This document shows, one piece after another, positions 58,064-64,000 of a stretch of DNA of 64,000 bases (within the stretch, counting starts at the first letter, position 1; the number at the start of each line of letters is the position of its first letter). The stretch spans positions 64,001 through 128,000 of the forward strand of contig CAVVXN010000001.1 of NCBI GenBank assembly GCA_963752285.1. Reading direction: 5' to 3'. The notes beneath the pieces are model-generated. The model ran no database searches. It saw only the letters and a program-made list of their open reading frames with translations, and was not told the DNA's origin. The translations under genes and the position numbers were made by a program. This DNA comes from an uncultured Planctomycetota bacterium (GTDB lineage: Bacteria; Planctomycetota; PLA2; JAEUHO01).

Positions 58064-58267
58064 CCGTCCTGGCCGTCCGGCGGAAGGACGACGATCCTCC
58101 CGGCACCGTCCGCGAACGGGCTCGGCCAGGCCTCCCGCGAGCCCACCCGGGGCGAAGGTCGCCCGGCGAACGCGGCGTCCCGCCCCGCCGACCGGGCGGC
58201 GCCGTCGCACCGGTCGCGGCCGACTCGGACGCGTGCTCGAGCTCCGTACGCGTACACTCGCGCGCCC

Positions 58268-59194
58268 TTGGATCCCGGGTCGTCCGTTCCGCTCCTGCCG
58301 TACCGTGAACCGCGCTGGGAACGCTCGGTCGCGAGCGTGGAGATCGACGACGAGAGAGGGCGCGCGCTCCTCGCGGCGTGGCCCGAGCTCGTCGGGCGGC
58401 CCTGGCGGCATCTCGAGGGCGGCCTTCGGTCGTCCGGTTTCCGGGTCGGCGACGACCTCGTGCTGCGCGTCGCGTCGTCCCCCGAACAGGACCTGGAGCG
58501 GGAGGCCGCGCTCCACGAACGCATGGCCGGGCGCGTCCGCGTGCCCCGCGTGCGGGGTCGCGCCCCCGGCGCGCTGCTCTTGGAGCACGTCCCGCACGCC
58601 GAGCTGCCCGACACGGCGGCCGCCGGTGGCGCCGCGGGACGCGCCGCGGCGCGAATCCACGCGTTCGGGTACGAGCGGAGCGGGTTCCTCGACGCGCACC
58701 TCGACGTCGTCGATCCGTTCCCCGACGCGCTGACCGGGCTCCTCGGGTGGACGACGTCGTGTCTCGCCGGGCCGGCCGGGCGGACCCTCGGCCCGCGTGT
58801 CGCGCGCGTCCGTGACGCGTGGCAGGAGGCGCACGCGGCGCTCGTCCGCGCCACCGAGCGACCCGTCCTCCTGCACGCCGACTTCAAGCCCGCGAACGTG
58901 AAGTGGCTGCCCGGCGAAGGGGACGTGGTCGTGTTCGACTGGGAGTTCTCGTGGGCCGGCCCCGCGCTGATGGACGTCGGACAGATGTTCCGTTGGGGCG
59001 CGTCGGCGGAGTTCACCTCGGCCTTCGCGTCGGCGTACCGGGCCGAGGGGGGAACGATGTCCGAGGGGTGGGCGCGGACCGCGGCGCTCCTGGACCTCTT
59101 CAACCTGGTCGGCCTCCTCGACCACCTCGAGCCGATGCCGCGCCGCGACGGCGACCTGCTGGACGCCGTGGATCGGACCCTCGGGACGCGGTAG
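58268..59194 (+). CDS. APH/choline-kinase-like phosphotransferase
   Basis: LLHADFKPAN, FDWE. Confidence 0.82.
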   Translation: MDPGSSVPLLPYREPRWERSVASVEIDDERGRALLAAWPELVGRPWRHLEGGLRSSGFRVGDDLVLRVASSPEQDLEREAALHERMAGRVRVPRVRGRAPGALLLEHVPHAELPDTAAAGGAAGRAAARIHAFGYERSGFLDAHLDVVDPFPDALTGLLGWTTSCLAGPAGRTLGPRVARVRDAWQEAHAALVRATERPVLLHADFKPANVKWLPGEGDVVVFDWEFSWAGPALMDVGQMFRWGASAEFTSAFASAYRAEGGTMSEGWARTAALLDLFNLVGLLDHLEPMPRRDGDLLDAVDRTLGTR

Positions 59195-59286
59195 CCCCGC
59201 CGACGTCGAAGGCCGACGGCGTGCGGGACGCAGGCGGGGCGGGTACGCTCGCGCCCCCAGGGCACGGAGGCGGGAGGAGCGTCGGG

Positions 59287-61035
59287 ATGGCCGCCGACAC
59301 GAACCGGGTCGCCGGGATCGACCTCGGGACCACGAACAGCTCGATCGCCGTGTTCGAGGACGGACGCGTCCGCGTCCTTCCGAACGCGCTGGGCGAACCC
59401 CTCACGCCCTCCGTGGTGGCGTGGGACGAGCGCGAGCGGCGCATGCTCGTCGGCCGCACGGCGAAGGACATCTGGGCGCTCCACCCGGACCGTGGCGCCG
59501 GCCTCTTCAAGCGCGCCATGGGGACGAACCGCGTGTACCGGGTCGGACCGCAGCTTCTGACGGCGATCGAGCTGAGCGCGCTCGTCCTCCGGGATCTCAA
59601 GGAGAACGCCGAGCGCTCGCTCGGCGAGATCGTCGAGCGGGTCGTCATCACGGTGCCCGCCTACTTCAACGAGGACCAGCGCCTCGCGACGCGGCAGGCC
59701 GGCGAGCGCGCGGGATTCTGCGTCGAGCGCATCCTGAACGAGCCCACGGCGGCGGCCATCGCGCACGGGCTCCACCGGCGCAAGAGCGAGGCGGTGCTGC
59801 TGGTGTTCGATCTCGGCGGCGGCACGTTCGACGTGTGTGTCATGGAACGCTTCGAGGGGAACCTCGAGGTCAAGAGCGTCGCGGGCGAGAGCATGCTCGG
59901 CGGCGAGGACTTCACGCGTCGCATCGCCGGCGCGGCGCTCGAGCGCTTCGGGCTCCCCTTCGAGATCGCGGAGATGGAGGATCCGGAGGCGCTGGCCCTG
60001 CTCGTCAAGCGGGCCGAGCTCCTGAAGCGCGGTCTCGCCGGCGCGACGACGGGGAGCCCCCCGCCCGCCCTCCGCATCCCGCCGTTCGGCACGCGTCTGA
60101 AGGAGGAGCAGTCGGTCCCGGTCGGCGCCGCGATCCTCGACGACGCCTTCGCGCCCCTGCTCTCCCGGCTGACCGGGCCCGTGCGCACCGCGCTCCGGAG
60201 CGCGCACCTCACGCGCACCGACGTGGACGAGCTGATCCTGGTGGGCGGCGCCACGCGGCTGCCGCAGGTCGTCCAGCTGGTCTGCGAGCTCCTGCCGGTC
60301 GCTCCGCACGACGGCGTGGATCCCGACCTGGCCGTCGCGTACGGCGCGGCGATCCAGGGCGCCCTCTACGCCCGCGAGGAGGCGGTCTCGGACCTCGTGG
60401 TCACCGACATCGCGTCCCACAGCCTCGGCGTGGACACGTGCAAGGTCTTCGGCGCCGAACATCGCGGGGGCTACTTCTCCCCGATCATCCACCGGGGAAC
60501 GGTGATCCCCACCTCGCGCGCGACCACCTTCACCACGATCGACGCGAACCAGACGGTCATGGTCCTCGGCGTGTACGAGGGCGAGGCGCGGCACGTGAAG
60601 GACAACCGGAAGATCGGCGAGCTGCGCGTGAGCGGCATCCCGAAGGGACCGCCGGGTAAGGGCGTCGAGGTCACGTTCACGTACGACCTCGACGGCATCC
60701 TCCAGGTGGACGCGCGGGTTCGCGACACGGGCGCCACGTTCTCGAAGGTGTTCCACCGCACGGGGCGAGAGCTCGACGCCGACGAGGCCGCGGCGGCGGC
60801 CGCCCGCCTCGCGGAGCTCAAGGCCGACCCGTGCGAGGCGCCCGCCGTGCGCGATCTGATCGCGCGGGCCGAGCTCTTGCTCCGCGACGTGAGCGCCGAG
60901 GAACGACGGCAGCTCGAGCAGGGGCTCGACGCCCTCGAGCACGCGCTCCTCGACCGCGACGCCGCGCGCATCGAGGAGGCGCGCGCCCACCTCGAGTCGC
61001 TCTGCCAGGAGCTCGACGGCGGGGACCGCTGGTGA
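59287..61035 (+). CDS. Hsp70-family chaperone, HscC-like
   Basis: GIDLGTTNS, TVPAYFN, NEPTAAA, DLGGGTFD, LGGEDF, VGGATR, FSPIIHRGTVIPTSR. Confidence 0.9.
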   Translation: MAADTNRVAGIDLGTTNSSIAVFEDGRVRVLPNALGEPLTPSVVAWDERERRMLVGRTAKDIWALHPDRGAGLFKRAMGTNRVYRVGPQLLTAIELSALVLRDLKENAERSLGEIVERVVITVPAYFNEDQRLATRQAGERAGFCVERILNEPTAAAIAHGLHRRKSEAVLLVFDLGGGTFDVCVMERFEGNLEVKSVAGESMLGGEDFTRRIAGAALERFGLPFEIAEMEDPEALALLVKRAELLKRGLAGATTGSPPPALRIPPFGTRLKEEQSVPVGAAILDDAFAPLLSRLTGPVRTALRSAHLTRTDVDELILVGGATRLPQVVQLVCELLPVAPHDGVDPDLAVAYGAAIQGALYAREEAVSDLVVTDIASHSLGVDTCKVFGAEHRGGYFSPIIHRGTVIPTSRATTFTTIDANQTVMVLGVYEGEARHVKDNRKIGELRVSGIPKGPPGKGVEVTFTYDLDGILQVDARVRDTGATFSKVFHRTGRELDADEAAAAAARLAELKADPCEAPAVRDLIARAELLLRDVSAEERRQLEQGLDALEHALLDRDAARIEEARAHLESLCQELDGGDRW

Positions 61036-61934
61036 GCGAGGTGGACGCAGCGCTCCTCGACGCGGTGCGACACGCGCCGGACGCCCCGGCGGCGCGACGC
61101 GCGGTGGCGGCGGCGATGGCGGCGACGCCGGACGCCGCGCCCGGACGCGTCCGAATCCTCCGTCGCGCGCTGGCGCGTCGTCTCGCGGAGCTCGAGCGCG
61201 CGCGCGCGCCCCGGGCGACCGGCGGCGCGGCCGCACCGGCGGTCGAGGCGCGCCCCGGGATCGGGAGCGCGGGCGACTGGCGCCGCGCGTGGCTCGACCC
61301 GACGACCGACCCGCACGCCCTGTCGGCGTGGCTCGACGACCTCTGGTCGCGGGACGCGGACGCCGCGGAGCGCCTCGCGCGGCTCCTCGACGCCCGCGAG
61401 GAGTGGTTCGCGCTCCACGCCGCGGGCGGGCTCGGCGACGCCGTGGGGTCGGTCCTCGAGCGCTGGGTCCGTACGGGCAACACGCCCGGCGCGCGCGAGG
61501 CACTCCGGCGGACCCTTCCGGCGGGTCGCAAGATCCTCGACCGGATCGAACGCGAGGCCCCGCGACTCTTCGCCGCCGAGGAGACGCTCCTTCGTCCTCT
61601 CGTGGACCGCGCGTACGCGAAACGCCTCGCGCGATCGTCCGTGCGGCGGCGCGCGACGCCGCGACGGACGGGCGGCGTCTTCGCGACCGTCTTGGTGACG
61701 CTGTGGCTCCTGAACCAGTGCCGGCGTGCGGGACCCGTGGCCCCGCACGACGCGGCGACGCCCCCGACGACGTCGTCGGAGGACGCGCGCGGGGACGTCC
61801 ACGAACGGCAGGGGCCGGTCCCCCGGGACGCGGAGGGCCCGGAGGGGCTCCCCGGAACGCCGGCGGCCGCGGCACCGGGCGCGGAGCCGACGACCGCGCC
61901 CCCGGCGTCCGACGCGCCGGGGGGCGAGCGTTGA
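61032..61934 (+). CDS. Hypothetical protein with one TM segment
   Basis: GTG/TGA coupling with both neighbours. Confidence 0.6.
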   Translation: MSEVDAALLDAVRHAPDAPAARRAVAAAMAATPDAAPGRVRILRRALARRLAELERARAPRATGGAAAPAVEARPGIGSAGDWRRAWLDPTTDPHALSAWLDDLWSRDADAAERLARLLDAREEWFALHAAGGLGDAVGSVLERWVRTGNTPGAREALRRTLPAGRKILDRIEREAPRLFAAEETLLRPLVDRAYAKRLARSSVRRRATPRRTGGVFATVLVTLWLLNQCRRAGPVAPHDAATPPTTSSEDARGDVHERQGPVPRDAEGPEGLPGTPAAAAPGAEPTTAPPASDAPGGER

Positions 61935-63442
61935 CGAACGACGACGCCCTGCCTGCGACCGAGGACCCGTTCGAGCTCCTGGGCCTCCCGCGCACCGCGG
62001 ACGAGGTCGAAGCGCGGCGCGCGTACGTCCGGCTCGCGAAGCGGTTTCGCCCCGAGACGCACCCGGTCGCGTTCCGGCGCGTCCGTCGCGCGTGGGAGGA
62101 CGTGCGGGACTGGATCCGGTGGGTGCGGGGAGCGGACGCTCCCGAGCACGACGAACCCGGGGACCGACGCGCCGCTCACCTCGCCCGCGCGGAGGCCGCG
62201 CGGTCCCGTGCCCACCCCCTTTGGGCCGACGCGGCGCGTGGCGACGTCGGAGCGGCCCGCGCGCGGGCCCGGGCCTGGGTCCGCGACGAGCCCGCATCCG
62301 AGGAGGCCTGGACGCACCGCTACCTCCTCGAGGACGTGTTCGTGTCCCGCGAGGCCGCCACGTCGGTCCTGGAGGAAGCGTTCGCCTCGACGGCCGCCCC
62401 CGCGAGCGTCGCGCTCCGCCTGCTCGAGCGCTCCGAGCGCGAGGCCGTGGCGCGCGGACCGGAATGCGCGTGGGAACGGCTCTCGCGATGGACGGACCGG
62501 AAGGCCGCCCTCGCGTGGATGGGCCTCCGTGTGAGCGTCGGCCTCCGCGACGGTCGCGCCGGAGCGCTGGCGGAAGAGGTGCTCGGCCCGGCCTTCGAGG
62601 ACGACGCGCGCGACGACCCCGCCCTGGAGCACCTGGCGTGGGTCGTGATGGTCGGCGCGGCGCGGGAGGCCCCCGAACGGGCCGCCGAGATCGCGAAGCG
62701 CTACCCGCAGGTCGCCACGCCCGGCGGCTGGACCCCGTGGGAACAGCTCGAGGTGGTGCGCGAGGTCGCCGCCGGCCTCTCCCGCTGGGCCGGCGACGAC
62801 CCGCACCGTGGGGAGCTCGCCCGCTTCGTGGCGGTCGCGGGCGTCCTCGACATCGCGACGGTCGCGCCGTGGGCCTCGCGCCTCGCGCGCGACTTTCGCG
62901 CGCGCCCCGAGCTCTGGTTCGACGACCTCCTCGACCTCGACCGCGAGGCGAAGGACGCCCTCGGTCTCTTCTCGCGGACGATCCGCAACGAACCGCTGCT
63001 CCCGCCCGGCCCCCTGTCGGTGAGGCGCGTCCTCGCGGTGCTCCACGGGGTGGAGGACCGCGTGCGTCGCTGGAAGCGTCGTCGCTTCCGCCGCGCGTAC
63101 CTCGTGGCCATCGTCCTCGTCGGCGCCGCGCTCGGGGCGGGCTTTCGGGGCTGGGCGATGCCCGTCGCCATCGTGTCCATGATCGCGCTCGACCTCTCGC
63201 GAGCCCGACGGCGGTACGAGAAGCTCGTGCGGCGGCCCCTGCTCCGCCTCGTGCTCGAACACGCCGTTCCCCCCGAGCGGCTCTCCCCGCTGATCGAGCG
63301 GAACCGGCGCACCCTCGACGCGCTTCACGACCTGCAGGAGCTCGTGCGGGAGGACGAGGCCCTCGAGGCGGTCTACTGGGCCCGCCGCATGGCCGAGATC
63401 GCGCCCGCCCACCGCGCCGCCACGCCCGACGAGACCGGTTGA
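61931..63442 (+). CDS. J-domain protein with C-terminal TM pair (Djl-like)
   Basis: DPFELLGL..RRAY.RLAKRFRPETHPVAF..V..AWE. Confidence 0.75.
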   Translation: MTNDDALPATEDPFELLGLPRTADEVEARRAYVRLAKRFRPETHPVAFRRVRRAWEDVRDWIRWVRGADAPEHDEPGDRRAAHLARAEAARSRAHPLWADAARGDVGAARARARAWVRDEPASEEAWTHRYLLEDVFVSREAATSVLEEAFASTAAPASVALRLLERSEREAVARGPECAWERLSRWTDRKAALAWMGLRVSVGLRDGRAGALAEEVLGPAFEDDARDDPALEHLAWVVMVGAAREAPERAAEIAKRYPQVATPGGWTPWEQLEVVREVAAGLSRWAGDDPHRGELARFVAVAGVLDIATVAPWASRLARDFRARPELWFDDLLDLDREAKDALGLFSRTIRNEPLLPPGPLSVRRVLAVLHGVEDRVRRWKRRRFRRAYLVAIVLVGAALGAGFRGWAMPVAIVSMIALDLSRARRRYEKLVRRPLLRLVLEHAVPPERLSPLIERNRRTLDALHDLQELVREDEALEAVYWARRMAEIAPAHRAATPDETG

Positions 63443-63545
63443 GGCGCCCGGCGGCGGACGGCGAGCCGTGCGGGGTCGGTCCGGATGGCCCTCGCGACGC
63501 AGGGTCGATATCCTCCCCCTTCTGTCGTTCGTCCGAGGAGGTGTC

Positions 63546-64000
63546 ATGCGGTCCCGCCTTCTCTTCGTCGCGACCGCGCTCGCCGTCCTCCTCACGGTAC
63601 CGGCGCGCGCGCGGGGCGGCGACGCCTCGCCCCTCACCGAGGCCGACCAGCGGGCCTTCGCCTGGTTCGACGGGATCGGCCTCCCCTCCACCGCGGGGAA
63701 GCCGTACGTCCGCGTCACCTGGACGAACGCCGCCGCCGGGGAGGACGCGCCGCGGGACGAGCGCGTGTGGGAGGTGGACGGGTTCCTCATCGACGAGAAG
63801 GACGGCACGATGACGCTGCTCGACGCGGACGGTTGGCCCCGTCGCGTGGAGCGGAGGGGCCTCGGTGCCTGGTCGGGGCGCGTGGACGAGCTCGACCTCG
63901 CCCGGGTCGCGGCGGAGGTGTCGGCGCGCCTCCGCGCGTTCGCCGAGGACCCGGCTTCCGTCGAGCCTGCGCGCGTCGTGTTCCGTGGCGTGCGGGGTCT
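63546..64000 (+). CDS. Exported hypothetical protein (partial, runs off the window)
   Basis: GAGGAGG RBS; MRSRLLFVATALAVLLTVPARA signal; frame open to the window end. Confidence 0.7.
   Translation, partial: MRSRLLFVATALAVLLTVPARARGGDASPLTEADQRAFAWFDGIGLPSTAGKPYVRVTWTNAAAGEDAPRDERVWEVDGFLIDEKDGTMTLLDADGWPRRVERRGLGAWSGRVDELDLARVAAEVSARLRAFAEDPASVEPARVVFRGVRG

Noticed and set aside
53223..58106. Very long alternative-frame ORFs (e.g. 53223-58106, 34911-39512, 57991-61995, 17377-20622)
   Set aside because: These are Arg/Pro/Gly-rich shadow frames of real genes, expected at this GC content, with no recognisable motifs.

Overview
A very GC-rich bacterial window; the gene content suggests Planctomycetota (inference, not searched). 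It holds about 50 CDS, tRNA-Gly(CCC), tRNA-Ser(GCT) and a candidate 6S-like RNA. The left half is mostly housekeeping and envelope genes. From tRNA-Ser (33.4 kb) onward it looks accessory. The strongest candidate new system is a RiPP-like locus at 51.5-56.8 kb: a 39-aa double-glycine precursor missing from the ORF track, a 2OG-Fe(II) oxygenase-like gene, a PPIase-like protein and a cNMP-C39-ABC exporter. Other notable features: (1) a RAYT/Y1 transposase with six copies of a 22-nt motif and a ~240-bp duplication that bracket cargo genes like cassettes; (2) a PadR-HAAS-signal peptidase I fusion; (3) a sigma/anti-sigma/exported CHAT protease operon next to an apparently dead ThDP enzyme. All family calls come from motif recognition by eye; many starts were moved from the ORF track to better RBS-supported or coupled starts.
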